Source: Eledone cirrhosa
Taxonomy: Eukaryota
Reading direction: 5' to 3'
Length of the DNA stretch: 64,000 nucleotides
Assembly: GCA_964016885.1 (NCBI GenBank)
Contig: OZ024745.1
Coordinates: 106,454,001-106,518,000 of the forward strand
The translations under genes were made by a program, and so were the position numbers. The number at the start of each line of letters is the position of its first letter. Position 1 is the stretch's first letter. Below the pieces are notes generated by a model. That model had not been told where the DNA came from. It did not search any database and saw only the letters and a list, made by a program, of their open reading frames with translations. This document shows positions 1 through 13,637 of this stretch, piece by piece.

Positions 1-349
1 AATGTGTGTGTTTGTGTACGCTTGAGTGTTTGTGTGCATCTCTGTGTTGCCTGCGTGTGTGTTTATTTTTTGTATTTGTATCTTTCACACATACCACCTT
101 TCCATCTTTCTTTGTATAATATTACAACTTATTTTATTTGTTGAAACGTTGGCTGGCGAAACTTCAATGATGTCAATGAAACGCCTGGGTGCTACTGGGT
201 GTGTACAGCAGATTTATATATGGATAACATAAATAATGGCATAGTTATGTTATGCTTCATCATATAGAAATGGAATATAAATGGAGAGATATGCACATGA
301 TGGACAGACAGATGTATGTTATATATGTATGTATATATATATACATATA

Positions 350-428
<79 letters not shown>

Positions 429-430
<2 letters not shown>

Positions 431-648
431 CGAAGGAAATGTGGTAAGGAACCAGGTGGACCATAACGCACCAAAGTAAAGTACTCAATACTTAGGGTAG
501 TAGAGTGGGTAATAGGAACGAGTAGGACCCCGACGGCTGAGCTCAAGCCGTTTCGACGGATAATTCTGGACTAAATGAAAATTTTCATTTAGTCCAGAAT
601 TATCCGTCGAAACGGCTTGAGCTCAGCCGTCGGGGTCCTACTCGTTCC

Positions 649-651
<3 letters not shown>
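429..651 (-). mobile_element. TA-inserted element end (family G) with a 140-bp fold-back palindrome and the 3' half of a hammerhead
   Basis: Flanked by (TA)n. 512-651 is a perfect palindrome centred at 581/582. Contains GAAA-cggct..agccg-UC-ggggtcc (609-638). Homologous copies at 34186-34325 and 60178-60312. Confidence 0.75.
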
Positions 652-674
<23 letters not shown>

Positions 675-679
<5 letters not shown>

Positions 680-1180
680 TTTGAATTTGTTTTGCAAGAT
701 TTCTTATGCGAAAACGTGTGCTGAAACAGATATTGTTGTACTTTGGGTGGGTCATGCTGCCAATAAAAACACTCGCATTTGTTGGTTTTCACTTCAATTT
801 ATTACAAATGTCCGGTTGGTTGGTTCAATAACTGGATGGTTATCTATTCATTGTTAAAGCACTTTCGTCACATACTCTGTGACCTCCTCAGTGACTCATT
901 TGTTATTCTATGTCTCTCCTTTGTTGTGACATACACCATCTTGTTATTGTTTTTACGAAAGAGCTCTGACAATAAATAAAATGTTAGTTTCGCTTTATTC
1001 ATTTTTCAAGATTCCTTTATTGCTAACATTGTGACGTCCACGAAAATGTGAAGGTATTTTCAAACTTTATATTTGTAGAAATAAATCACGCTATGTTAGA
1101 CAAGCAGTTTGTTTTATGTTTACATTTGTCAGAGATTTCCTCAGGACATAAATAAATGGCATGGAAAGAAAATATCGTGA
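675..1180 (-). mobile_element. Decayed Penelope-like element 3' end (family E) with HHR-like motif
   Basis: Tail abuts (TA)n and is homologous to 32670-32855. Minus strand 853-895 reads CTGAGGA-g-gtcaca/tgtgac-GAAA-gtgc-TT, with weak stem I. Upstream is only faintly GIY-YIG C-terminus-like. Confidence 0.5.
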
Positions 1181-1260
1181 ATCTCTCATCCACACATAGA
1201 CTCATGCATTCCTTACTAACCATTACATTATAAACCTCAACAACCGTACACGTTAAAAGT

Positions 1261-1455
1261 GCAGACTTGTCAACTCTCTCCGTCGGTCGGGGAGACCTGC
1301 CACCCATTTTGGGGTGTGTGAGAGATGTTTTCTGTTGTAAAAATGGATATAGCACTCATTATGTAAAATCTCCCCATTTTGCCTCATTTCTCCTCGTTTT
1401 GGGCTACTTTTTTCATGGTAATGCCCGTTTGGGTTTTTAGAGATTGGCATGTCTG
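1261..1455. mobile_element. MITE (~195 bp, hAT-like)
   Basis: Imperfect TIRs cagacttgtcaa / ttggcatgtctg. Homologous copies at 24225-24394 and 41431-41825. Confidence 0.6.
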
Positions 1456-2193
1456 AAAGTGTGACTCCATTCATTAGAAAATAAGCACGCAGCCTTCTTT
1501 CTTTCGCCAATATGGTAACTGCAAAACTTCTCCCTGAAACAGAAAAAAGAACAAATTCTGATACCGACAAAATATGCTGCAACAAAAGCAATTCAACAAT
1601 AACAACTACGATAGCTCTGGATTTTTTTTACCAGCACACAACACCATATATAGACATAACAAAGAGACAATCTTTAATTTTCATGCTTTGTTTTTTTCTC
1701 TCATGTCAATTTATTAATGTTTCTCAGTTTGAACATTCACATGATTTTTTCCTCACTATGTTTTTATATATTGAATTCGCCTTATTTACACACGCTTCAT
1801 ACATTTTACATCCTATATAGATATATTTGAGCAAAATGTCAATATAGCTTCTTTAATGTATCTGTCGTGTGATTCTGGGGCTATTCCATTTATATTTCTT
1901 TCGATTTTCAAGTGATTTTTTATAACGTACGGACTAGTGCAGAACCGTTGAAATTGAACTGGACGTACACTATAGCATATCGAAGATTCACTTACTGAGG
2001 CATTTGAATACTATATGGCCACAGATAAATTTCTCAAATTACAGCCAACAGCTCAGGCTAAATATATCACAATTAAAACTACGAATAATTATGTTATGCT
2101 CCATGTTTTCAGAAAGCCAACTTCTGAATCCCAGTAAAACAATCCATAAGTTAACATCACTAACATAACTCTTTCGTTAACCTTTCATTTTAC

Positions 2194-2305
<112 letters not shown>

Positions 2306-2468
2306 CAGACGAACTGACGCGAAACACACACGCATATATACATATGTAGATTATACATTATGTTTGTTTATATAACCATGCAAACAAATTATTGATATAA
2401 ATGCCTATGAATATATTTTATATGTGTACACGCACATATATCTATGTTTTCAAACACACACACACACA

Positions 2469-2818
<350 letters not shown>

Positions 2819-3356
2819 GCATGTCTATATGTATATATATATGTATTTATATACATGCACGAATATACATACTGATATGCAAACATTCACACATGTTTGT
2901 GTATGAATGTGTTTGTGTTATTATGCATACATAAACTACTAAGAAATAATTTATCACCCTCAAATACAAAAGTAGATCTCAAAAGAAACAAGTTTAAAAT
3001 ATTGATATTACAAAAAGAGACGCAAACAAAACGAAATGAACTAAACTTCATTGAAATGTAAATGTATTTTAAAATATATATATAAAAGGAATCTAAGAAA
3101 AATGAATTATTTACATCGAGATGACTTTACAGTTAATCATTCTTTGAGAAATTTATCTGTTAGCTTTCAAAGTTTTGTTTTGTCAATCCAAAGATGCTTG
3201 TAACAAAATCATATTTTTTTCACTTTGAGCTGTTTCATCTTTTCCTGTATAGTTTCCCTATGAAAGATTTTGCAAATATATATTTCTTCATCAGTACAGG
3301 AGTTGCAGCAAATTACTCAACACAGTGCCTTAATCTTTATATATATTATTATTGTT

Positions 3357-3535
3357 TTGGCAGTATCGGTAGAGGGTCGGACGCCATGCTTTCCTTCATA
3401 GTTACGTCCCTTTACGATCTGAGTTCAAATCCCGCCGAGGTTGACTTTGCCTTTCATCCTTACGGGGTCGATAAAATAAAGTACCAGTAATGAACTGGGT
3501 ATTTGCTGGCCTTGTGCCTAAAGTAGAAACAATTA
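3357..3535 (+). mobile_element. tRNA-derived SINE, family S1
   Basis: A-box-like tggcagtatcggtag, B-box-like gagttcaaatccc, conserved body gcctttcatccttacggggtcgataaaataaagtaccag, tail gccttgtgcctaaagtagaaacaatta. Confidence 0.9.
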
Positions 3536-3698
3536 TTGTTTTTCATACTTAACCATCAGTTAACCCTTATAGATCGCATGTATCATTAAAGACATTCCCA
3601 CTGTGACTACCCCGAATTATTGTATAACATCCGTAACAATAATCTACGCCATCTTCATAGTTTAGGCTGGTTGCATGTACTTTGTGTGAGATTTCGCT

Positions 3699-3912
3699 TG
3701 GATTGGCAGTATCGGTAGAGCATCAGACACCATGCTTTGCAGCATAGAGTTATAGCCCTTTGCGTTCAGAGTTGAAATCCCGCCGAGGTTAGCTTTGCCT
3801 TTCATCCTTAGCGGGGACGATAAAATAAAGCACCAGTAATGCACTGGGGTCGATTTAATCGACTTTCCCCTCCCCCCGAATTGCTGGCCTTGTGCCTATA
3901 TTTGAAATCGTT
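3699..3912 (+). mobile_element. SINE S1 (longer variant)
   Basis: Same head, body and tail, with an extra gtcgatttaatcgac palindromic segment. Confidence 0.88.
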
Positions 3913-4244
3913 ATTTCTAGAATGGCTCTGGAAACGCTCGGCTCAATGAATCGTTCATATTTATTGTTGTGCTTCATGGATGCCTGTGCTGTGTCAAAGA
4001 AAACTATTTGAAACTTTCTCGGTATCTAACATATACAATGATATGCAGCATTCGCTTACTATTTGATTTGAATTTTCTTATTCAACCTGTGACTGGCCTA
4101 ACTGAAAAGTTAACTATTGCCAATAATGAAACAAAAGTTAATCTATTAACCCAGACTTCGGTGGATAAGTGTAATAAACTATCAAAAAACAAACTTAAAA
4201 CTTTACAATATTTTCAATAAAACAAAAAATTCTACTAAATAACC

Positions 4245-4606
4245 ATCAGTCGCACGCAATGCTTTCTTGCATAGTTACGTCCCTTTACAGTCTAAGTTCA
4301 AATCCCGTCGAGGTTAACTTTGCCTTTCATCCTTACGGGGTCGATAAAATAAACTACCAGTAATGTACTGGGTTATTGCTGACCTTGTGAAACAATTATT
4401 TCAACTAGGGCGGTGGATTGGCAGTATTAGTAGAGGGTCGGACGCAATGCTTTGCAGCAAAGAGTTAGGGCCCTTTATGATCTGAATTCAAATCACACCA
4501 AGTTTAACTTTGCCTTTCATCCTTACGAGGTCGATAAAATAAAGTACCAGTAATACACTAGGATAATTGCTGGCCTTGTGCCAAAAGTAGAAACAATTAT
4601 TTCAAC
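4245..4606 (+). mobile_element. Two tandem SINE S1 copies
   Basis: Copies at ~4245-4400 and 4408-4600. aacaattatttcaact is repeated either side of the second copy (TSD-like). Confidence 0.85.
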
Positions 4607-5247
4607 TTTGGGTGGTTTTCTGCTAGCATGTGTAGTGTGGATATTGATATTATACGCACATATATATGCATGTAGATATGATACATCAAATAAAATCGTA
4701 ATTGACAATATACACAGAAATTGAACGAAGTCTATGTTACACAGTCTTCTGCAACCAGTAAAGTAATCCATGATATATTTAAAAAAGACGATATTATATA
4801 TAAACTGCATTAGGAGAAAATTAGCAACGGGAATATACGAACGTTTATATAAACGATGTAATAAATATTATAATAAAACGGCCACTAACCGGAAGTGTTG
4901 ACATTTGAAAATTTTAAAGAAGTGAATCTTTAAATAAGCAATAACGTATATTTAATCAAGAGTTACGAAATTTAGCACATAAATCGCACTAATTTCTTCA
5001 TACTCCACTTGAAGAGTAAAATGAATGTGACTAGTGATGTGCTGTCCCCTATGAATTTTATGGAAAATAGGTCTGGGGTGAGAATAGCATAGAACATGCT
5101 TCAATAGGAAAGAGAAAATGGGTAGGAAAACGAACCTGCTCTTGATTTTATGTGAAATCATAGATCTATGGTGTTTTTAATCGGTTCTATTTAGACACCT
5201 TATTTCATTCATTTTCTGTACTTTTCTTTCTGTGCTCTTCTTTTCAG

Positions 5248-5279
5248 GGTAGTTTATGCGGGAACTGACAATGTTTGTG
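5248..5279 (+). other. Candidate 32-nt host micro-exon
   Basis: Long polypyrimidine tract plus ttttcag acceptor and gtg|gtacgt donor. One frame reads VVYAGTDNVC. No homology support. Confidence 0.25.
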
Positions 5280-5619
5280 GTACGTTTTATTGTAATTTTT
5301 TTCTCGTTCGTCCCTTAGCTAGAGAAGAAAAATAAAAATAATGTTTATGATCATAAATACAATATATGAATATATATCTATGAATAAGATTACAGTTTTC
5401 AATTTTGAATCAGCGGACTTGAATTGTATATAGAGGCTCTAGTTTCCGGGAATTTTAGTCGATTACATCAATCCCCAAACTTCTTTAAATCTGGTACATA
5501 TTTTATTGATCTACCATAATATTTCAAGATATACATGGACACACACATATAAAGGCACATTCATATGACAAACATACATACAAACACATTCACATCACAC
5601 AAACACACAGACACAGACA

Positions 5620-5815
5620 CAAACATGAATGGACCTGTTATTTTTATCTAAAGACATTTTTTCCAAATCCATCCCGCCCGTACCCTCAAACTTATTTCTC
5701 ATTCTTTCTTCTGATGAAGGACTAGCGTCCGAAACGTTATGACCCTCTTCCTGCTATATTAAGCGTTAACCTAATATATCCCTTCCATATACTGTACCGA
5801 TTGAGTTCTTATTTC
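5620..5815 (+). mobile_element. Solo Penelope-like pLTR with minimal HHR motif
   Basis: CTGATGA-a-ggac/gtcc-GAAA-cgtt at 5711-5740. Homologous to 59010-59210, which lies downstream of a GIY-YIG fragment. Confidence 0.75.
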
Positions 5816-5863
5816 GGTTTACCTATATATATATATATATATGTGTGTGCGTTTGTGAATGTG

Positions 5864-5911
<48 letters not shown>

Positions 5912-5925
5912 CACACACACGCACG

Positions 5926-5992
<67 letters not shown>

Positions 5993-6081
5993 GTAGAACA
6001 CTGGAAGGTAATATCCGTAGTGGTAGACCACTCAGTCCATGGGACGAGTTAGGTAGAAGTGGTTACACAACAGTTAGTTAA

Positions 6082-6131
6082 CCATACCGAGAACAATTGT
6101 TTCACCTTAGGGAATCCTCAGCTCGTAATGG
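6082..6131 (-). ncRNA. Minimal hammerhead ribozyme (family A)
   Basis: ccattacgag-CTGAGGA-ttccctaaggt-GAAA-caattg-TT-ctcggtatgg; palindromic stem III. Confidence 0.75.
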
Positions 6132-6890
6132 ACATGGTTATACGGAACAGGAAAGACAACCGTACGAACGCGCATGCGCAGAAACGGTCACTTCACTCAG
6201 GCAATACTAAATTGCGTGCGAGAGGTGTAAGGGAGATAACTGCGAAAGTCCGAAAGTTTTTAGTTGATAAGAAAATTAGGATGTTGTTGTAGTTCAATCC
6301 GGAGCTTTGTAGCTATGTAAGAGGTGTTTCCAGACGTGTGGACAAAGTGTGAAGAATTCATTTCATGAGTTTAGGCAAACGCTATTGCACAATCTCTTTA
6401 GAATATTTATTCATTCATCAATACATAGTCTACACGACGGATTGCCCCTTGCGTATGGCTTGGACTTAGTGATGGCTTTCCATTGAATGGAGTGGTCTAT
6501 ACTTTAGTCCTTGACGGACCATACGGGGCTCGCGAGTTTCGTGGATGAACGTCTTTCCGGGTACCTAAAGGTCGACTGGTGGTTCAGGAAGCGTTCCTTA
6601 AATCAGTCCTCTGCATTACCCACATAGGATTTGACCTCTTGTGGTTGATTTGGTCGGTTGGAAGGGACCACAGCTTCATAAACTACAACGGGTGTGTTAC
6701 ATTGCTGTTGAAGGAGACAAGCTTCGGGCTTACGGCAAAAGCACCCTGGTGGGTGTTTCTCTTAGGGCTGTTGGTGATGTGGGCCTTCATGTTCTTAGTG
6801 CACGAGTATCCAAGTTTTACTTTGTGTCGGTTAAAGACTGAGCGGTATTTATTACCTATGGGAAAGTGTTTATCTAAGAGGGCTAGAAAT

Positions 6891-7500
6891 TTGTTCTCAC
6901 TCCACGTTAAAACCAATGTAGGCAAAACATTTCTGGCCCTCTTAGATAGACAGTTTCTCATAGGTTATAAATACCGCTCCATCTTTAACCGACACAAAGT
7001 AAAACTAGGATACTCTGGCGCTAAGAACATGAAGGCCCACATCACCAACAGCCCTAAGAGCAACACCCCACCAGGGTGCTTTTGCCGTAAGCCCGAAGCT
7101 TCTCCCCATCAACAGCAATGCAACACACCCGCTGTAGTTTATGAAGCTGTGATCACTTCCAACCGACCAAATCAAGCACAGGAGGTCAAATCCTATGTGG
7201 GTATAGCAGAGGACCGATTTATTGAACGCTCTGTACCACCAGTCGACCTTTAGGTACCCGGACAGACATTCATCCACGAAACTCGCGAGCCACGTATGGT
7301 CCCTCAAGGACACATGTATAGACTACTCCATTCAATGGAAAGCCATCACTAAGTCCAAGCCATATGCAAGGGGCAATCCGTGTTGTAGACTATGTAGTGA
7401 TGAATGAATAAATATTCTAAAGAGATTACGTAATAGCAATTGCCTAAACGCAAGATATGAATTCTTCACACGTTACCCACACGTCTGGAAACACCTCTTA
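6891..7500 (+). pseudogene. Penelope-like RT C-terminal/GIY-YIG endonuclease remnant
   Basis: ORFs 6579-7253 (3' part) and 7222-7407 join by frameshift into the VVY..YVG..RF..H..LC..E GIY-YIG pattern. Confidence 0.88.
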
Positions 7501-7683
7501 CATAGCTACAAAGCTCTTGATTGAACTACAACATCCTAATGTTCTTATCAACTAGAAACTTTCGGACTTTCGCAGTTATCTCCCTTACACCTCTCGCACA
7601 CAATTTAGTATTGCCTGAGTGAACTGGTCGTTTCTGCGCATGCGCGTTCGTACGGTTGTCCTTCCTGTTCCGTATGACCATGT

Positions 7684-7733
7684 CCATTACGAGCTGAAGA
7701 TCCGCTAAGGTGAAACAATTCTTCTCGGTATGG
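7684..7733 (+). ncRNA. Minimal hammerhead ribozyme (family A), stem III mutated
   Basis: ccattacgag-CTGAAGA-tccgctaaggt-GAAA-caattc-TT-ctcggtatgg. Confidence 0.65.
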
Positions 7734-7771
7734 TGAACTAGCTGTTGTCTAACCACTTCTCTCTCTCTCTC

Positions 7772-7823
<52 letters not shown>

Positions 7824-7890
7824 CAAACAACGAAACGAAATTAAATTTCGTTTCGTTTGTAACTCACTTTTGTATGACTGACGCTTAAAC

Positions 7891-8144
7891 AATTAAGTTA
7901 AGTTAAAAATGTACATCTACATATGCATATTGAAATACTAGTATGCATATGAATACACACACGTATACATATGTAGATGTACCAAGTCTTTCACTGGTTA
8001 CTTTACTGTGAGTATCCAGCTATTCTGTATCACAGTAAAGTAACCAGTGAAAGACTTGGTACATCTACATATGTATACGTGTGTGTATTCATATGCATAC
8101 TAGTATTTCAATATGCATATGTAGATGTACATTTTTAACTTAAC

Positions 8145-8150
<6 letters not shown>
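7891..8150. repeat. Fold-back inverted repeat, ~120-bp arms
   Basis: aattaagttaag...actgtga / tcacagt...cttaacttaatt with ~18-bp spacer; ends in (TA)n. Confidence 0.92.
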
Positions 8151-8196
<46 letters not shown>

Positions 8197-8199
<3 letters not shown>

Positions 8200-8705
8200 A
8201 TAATAAAGTATATATCCCCACACAAAAAAAGCGTATAGGGACACATGTATTGTCCAACCATATGCCACATTGGCATATGGTTGGACAATACATGTGTCCC
8301 TATACGCTTTTTGTGTGTAGGGATATATACTTTATTATTATTATTCTCCTCTTGGTCGGGATAAAATTTGGTCGTTCTGACTGCTGCTATTTATAGTGGT
8401 AGTAGACTGACCTCCCTGCCTCTGCTTCTATCTTTACACACGGCACTTGAAGGAATTGCTTCCACATCATTCATTCTCATCTCGGGAACAATTTTGAATA
8501 GCGCCAGTTCGTAATTTGAAATCGGGAATTTTATATTCTCCGAGTGAAAAGAACCTTCTGACGAGAGTTTATCTTTTCAATGGAAGGCCGCAAGAACTGT
8601 CCATTTATTTTTGAGACTCGAAACCGATTCGGTAAAGGTAACAATAGTAAGTACAGTGAATTTTTGAAATTTATTTTGAAACTTTTTCTTATTTGCTAAA
8701 CCTTG

Positions 8706-8710
<5 letters not shown>
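8197..8710 (+). mobile_element. ~510-bp TA-flanked non-coding insert with 5' fold-back and type I HHR
   Basis: (TA)n on both sides, palindrome 8197-8341, HHR at 8553-8639. Confidence 0.8.
8553..8639 (+). ncRNA. Type I hammerhead ribozyme with long stem II
   Basis: Stem I acctt/aaggt; CTGACGA 8558-8564; stem II gagttt/agactc; GAAA 8620-8623; stem III ccg/cgg; GUA site, predicted cut after 8634. Confidence 0.9.
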
Positions 8711-8789
<79 letters not shown>

Positions 8790-8832
8790 TATATTTATAT
8801 ATCTATGTATATATATGTATATATATATAAAC

Positions 8833-8864
<32 letters not shown>

Positions 8865-8959
8865 TTATATATTTATATATGTATGTATATATATATATAT
8901 ATAAACATATATATAAATATACATAGATACATATATATATATTTATATATATATATATA

Positions 8960-9002
<43 letters not shown>

Positions 9003-9061
9003 GTATGTATATATATATATATATAAAAATATATATCAATATACATAGATACATATATATA

Positions 9062-9186
<125 letters not shown>

Positions 9187-9334
9187 GTATGTATATATAT
9201 ATATATATATATATATACAGTCTAAAATTGTCTCTCTAAAACATCGGATTATTCAAAACCATCAACCACATGTGAAGTCATTCTTCTCGTTTTTCATATA
9301 TATCTTACTCTACCAAGGATTTTCCTCGTTTTTC

Positions 9335-9368
<34 letters not shown>

Positions 9369-9636
9369 CTGTTTCTGAGTCTATATGTATGTGTGTGCGT
9401 AGGCGCGTGTAGTTGTGTGAGAGTGTGTGTATGTGTACGACTGTATATGTGTTCGCCCTTAATAGTGTAAGCCTGTATGTCGAGTTATTTATTTTTAAGT
9501 CAAATATGTAAGCAAATCGATAAATAGAGGTCGATAAATGTATGACTAAAATAAAGCCTGGAGTCGATGTAATCGACTAAAACGTATACATGTACATACA
9601 TATATCTATATATATATATACATATACATATATATG

Positions 9637-9671
<35 letters not shown>

Positions 9672-9807
9672 GTGAGTGTGTATTTATATATATAAAAATA
9701 TATATATATATGTATATATATATATGTATATATACATATATATATATATTTATATATATATATACACACTCACATATAGAGAGAGAGAGATATCATATAT
9801 ATATATA

Positions 9808-9997
9808 TAATTGTTTCTACTTTTGGCACAAGGCCAGTAATTACCAAGTACATGACTGGTACTTTATTTTATCGACCCCGTAAGGATGAAAGGCAAAGTT
9901 AACCTCGGGGAGATTTGAACTCAGAATGGAAAGGACCGTAACTCTATGCGTCAAAGCATGGCGTCCGACCCTCTACCGATACTACCAAACCACCTCC
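9808..9997 (-). mobile_element. SINE S1
   Basis: Reverse complement of the S1 consensus. Confidence 0.9.
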
Positions 9998-10156
9998 TTT
10001 AATATATACATATATAATATATATATATATATATGTGCGTGCGTGTGTGTGTATGTATGTGTATGTGTGCATGGATATATATATATATATATATAAATAC
10101 ATGTGATTATGTGAGTGTGTGTGTGTGTGTGTGTGATTATATATATATATATATAA

Positions 10157-10244
<88 letters not shown>

Positions 10245-10848
10245 GCCTGTGTATACTGCTGTGTACTTCTATCTGTTACTATGAGTTATCGGCGAAATTA
10301 TGTTTTACAGTCGATGTTAGCGTTTCTAGTTGTTTCTTTTGTTGTTCATATTGATCTTATTTGAACTGTTCTCTTTAGTTAATTTTTCCAACAATTTTAG
10401 ACTTTTTAACGTCTGTACATAATATTATATATCGTTTTATTCATTAATATTTTCGTCTAAATATTTTCAATCTTTCAATAATTATTTCGTTCTGACACCA
10501 TCTTATATTCCTTAGGACCAGCAACACCACCACTTTGCGTCTAAATCAGTAGTGCTAGAATCACCACCAATTACCTTCCTCACTATTAGCTCCAACACCA
10601 TCAGCATCACCACCACACCTAATTCTCATCGATTGATGTCCCTGTCTTTTTTTTTTTTTCTATTTATCTTTATGCCAAAGACTTTTCTAAACAATTCCAG
10701 TCACGATTGGTTTCGCTCGAATGGTGCCAGCGTTTCCATTGATTTTGCTGACCTGTTTCATTGGAAATTCAACGCAGTGCCAACGAGTGTCATGTTTGAA
10801 ATTAATGAAAGAGTCGAATAAATGAATAAATTACTAGCGAAGAACTAG

Positions 10849-10861
10849 TAATAATAATAAC

Positions 10862-10905
<44 letters not shown>

Positions 10906-11041
10906 CAACAACAACAGAGCGAAGAAGAAGAAGAAGAAGAAGAAGAAGAAGAAGAAGAAGAAGAAGAAGAAGAAGAAGAAGAAGAAGAAGAAGAAGAAGA
11001 AGAAGAAGAAGAAGAAGAAGAAGAAGAAGAAGAAGAAGAAA
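10849..11041. repeat. Compound (AAT)n-(AAC)n-(AAG)n microsatellite
   Basis: Directly visible; explains the poly-L/poly-I ORF. Confidence 0.97.
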
Positions 11042-12299
11042 GATAACGTACAAAAGAATAACGAAAGAAAAATAAGAAAACAAGAAATTATAGGAAAAAC
11101 AAGTGATTTGTGAAAATGGTGGATGTAAAATTAAAAAGATATGAAAGATGAGCAAAAAGAAAAGTAAGCGAAGAACTACTTAAAACGAAGAAGTTGTGTC
11201 AGGAAAGGAAGACGGAATGGATATAGAAAAGAAAGAGAAAATGCTTATCATGATGAAAAGGGCGAAGAGGATAAAGTGAGAGAGGTGAATTAAGGGTAGG
11301 ATTGCCTTAAGATAATTCCCTTTTCACAGAAGCTAATGTAAAATACGAAAGTGAAATAGAAGGCTGGGTGTTAACATAAATTAATATAAAGGAAGAAAAA
11401 TATACTTCAGAAATACCTGGTCATATTTGCTATTTAAATCTTATGAATATTTAGAACATTCCATAGAAAAAAATAAAACATGAGTTGATGGTGAGATTTT
11501 AACATTGCTGTGGTTGTTGTTATTGGTGATTGTGTTGTCTATCAGTCCCAGGTCAACCAATGATCAAAGAAAACGCAACAATGCACCTGTTATTTGCCAG
11601 GCAATACATGTAAGGCGAATATAATGAAATCTTAAATCCTGTGGTAAAACAAAAAATAGCAACAAAGGTCAGAAACATAACAAAAATATATACAAAAACT
11701 CACCAAGATGATAATATCAATATAATAACGAGGTGGTGAAAATGAAAGTGTTAGGTCGACGATTCGGACAGTATTCCTTTGTCAAAAAACAAAACAAAAC
11801 AAAACAAAAAATAAACATGATTTGGTTTGAACGGTACAACACAGTAAACAGGACCTGTCTGAAGCTAAAAATGTGTTTTAGTGCGTAGAAAAGAATGAGC
11901 TGAAAGCAATGGAAATATGCGTAGCAAATGTGGGGGATGTAGTAAAATGAAATACACTATGTGTGAAATGTGTCTATGTGATGTGCGTGTATAAGCCCGT
12001 AGGGTGTCAAATGTGCAAATGTGGTTTTCTGTGAATGATTGTGTATGCAATTGTATGACATAAACATGTGATAATATGCATAATGTCTGATGTTTAATGT
12101 GGTATCACATGGCTTTAGTGTGTGGGTGTCTATCGATGTGAAATACAGGGGGTGAAATGTATGTAGAATTTTCAGTAGAGAATCGGGGTAATGCTAAGTG
12201 CATACATGAGTCTGCCAATGTATGTGATTGTAGAGAATAAATACATGGTGCCATGACATTCAGTGCAGTCTGGTGGTTTGAGTAAAGTGTAATATTAAG

Positions 12300-12640
12300 G
12301 CTATATAACAGGTGATCAATTCCCTGGAAACGGAAGTAGCCCCGATATATTTTTTATCTAATGACCTTGAGGCCGTTGGAAAAGGCGAAAATGTGTGAAT
12401 ATAATCAGCAAACAGAACAGAGTGTTTGCGACAAAACCTAAAGCCCATGGCCATTCCAGATATCTGATGATAGAACTCGCCATGACATGAGGAACAGAAA
12501 AGAATGCGAATGGGTGATGTTCTCCAGTGATGTTCTCCAGTGGTTGGGGAAGGCGTTGACTGATAGGGGCCCGTCGTTGACGTAAGGTAACAGTATTGTG
12601 AAGGGATGAGACAAGAGGGAAGATAAAATTGAAGAGGTAC
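12300..12640 (-). pseudogene. Decayed Penelope-like reverse transcriptase fragment
   Basis: SCHGEFYHQISGMAMG..SVLFADY matches the PLE RT motif F.G..Y.Q..G.AMG. Confidence 0.65.
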
Positions 12641-12703
12641 CACAGATGCATGTGTGCATGTGTATGTATGTGTATGTGTGTATATGTGTGTGTGTATGTC
12701 TGT

Positions 12704-12735
<32 letters not shown>

Positions 12736-13221
12736 ACGCTGGAATACGCACAGTCAATTATGAGAGTAGGACATGCTGAAAAACTATAAAAGAGAAGAAA
12801 TATGAAAGGGTAAAATTTACTATTTACATACAAGCCTACAAACAGTCTGGTTTCTAAATGTAGCTCAAATGCCAACATCAACACTGCCATCAATAATATC
12901 AAAGAACAACAGTTAACAAACAATAACAACAAATACTGCAACGAAAATAACAAAAGCAAGCAACAAAGGAAAAGGAAACAACAAAAACCTGATCGGTCGA
13001 ACTGGCTTTCTATGATATCTTTCTGTGGCTCACCTTCTCCAGAATTACGACATTCACTTCTAGTCAAGCGCAAAGCAATAACTTCTTTATATACGATTCC
13101 GCATACGGTGTGCTCTCTGAAAGGCGGACGCATTAGTTTTTATATAGCATTTACATGCTTCAGTAATGCTTTATAAAGATATCGAATCCAATTGTGAGGA
13201 AGCAGAACTACATATTGCTTT

Positions 13222-13312
<91 letters not shown>

Positions 13313-13444
13313 ACACATAGACATAGACATGACATAGATACATACACACACACACATATATATATATATATACATATAGATATATACATATATATTATAT
13401 ATATATAAATATATATACATATTTTATATATATATGTATATATG

Positions 13445-13511
<67 letters not shown>

Positions 13512-13540
13512 ATATATATATGTATATGTGTATATATATA

Positions 13541-13637
<97 letters not shown>

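Larger units (their letters stand above)
5989..7760. mobile_element. Penelope-like element (family A, Naiad-type GIY-YIG) as an inverted pair
   Basis: Arms ~6055-6890 and ~6929-7760 are diverged inverted copies. The + arm encodes TNVGKTFLALL..IFNRHKVKLGYS..CFCR..VVYEAVI..YVGIAEDRF..LASHVWSLK..IQW..CRLC (frameshifted GIY-YIG endonuclease region). Both ends are in microsatellites. Confidence 0.9.

Noticed and set aside
3243-3301. Minus-strand HHR-like match tcctgta-CTGATGA...GAAA-c-TA-tacagga
   Set aside because: Stem I is good, but stem II does not close and stem III has a single nucleotide; at best an ancient relic.
6579-7253. 224-aa ORF as a real gene
   Set aside because: It is a chimera of the antisense left arm and the sense right arm across the inversion centre.
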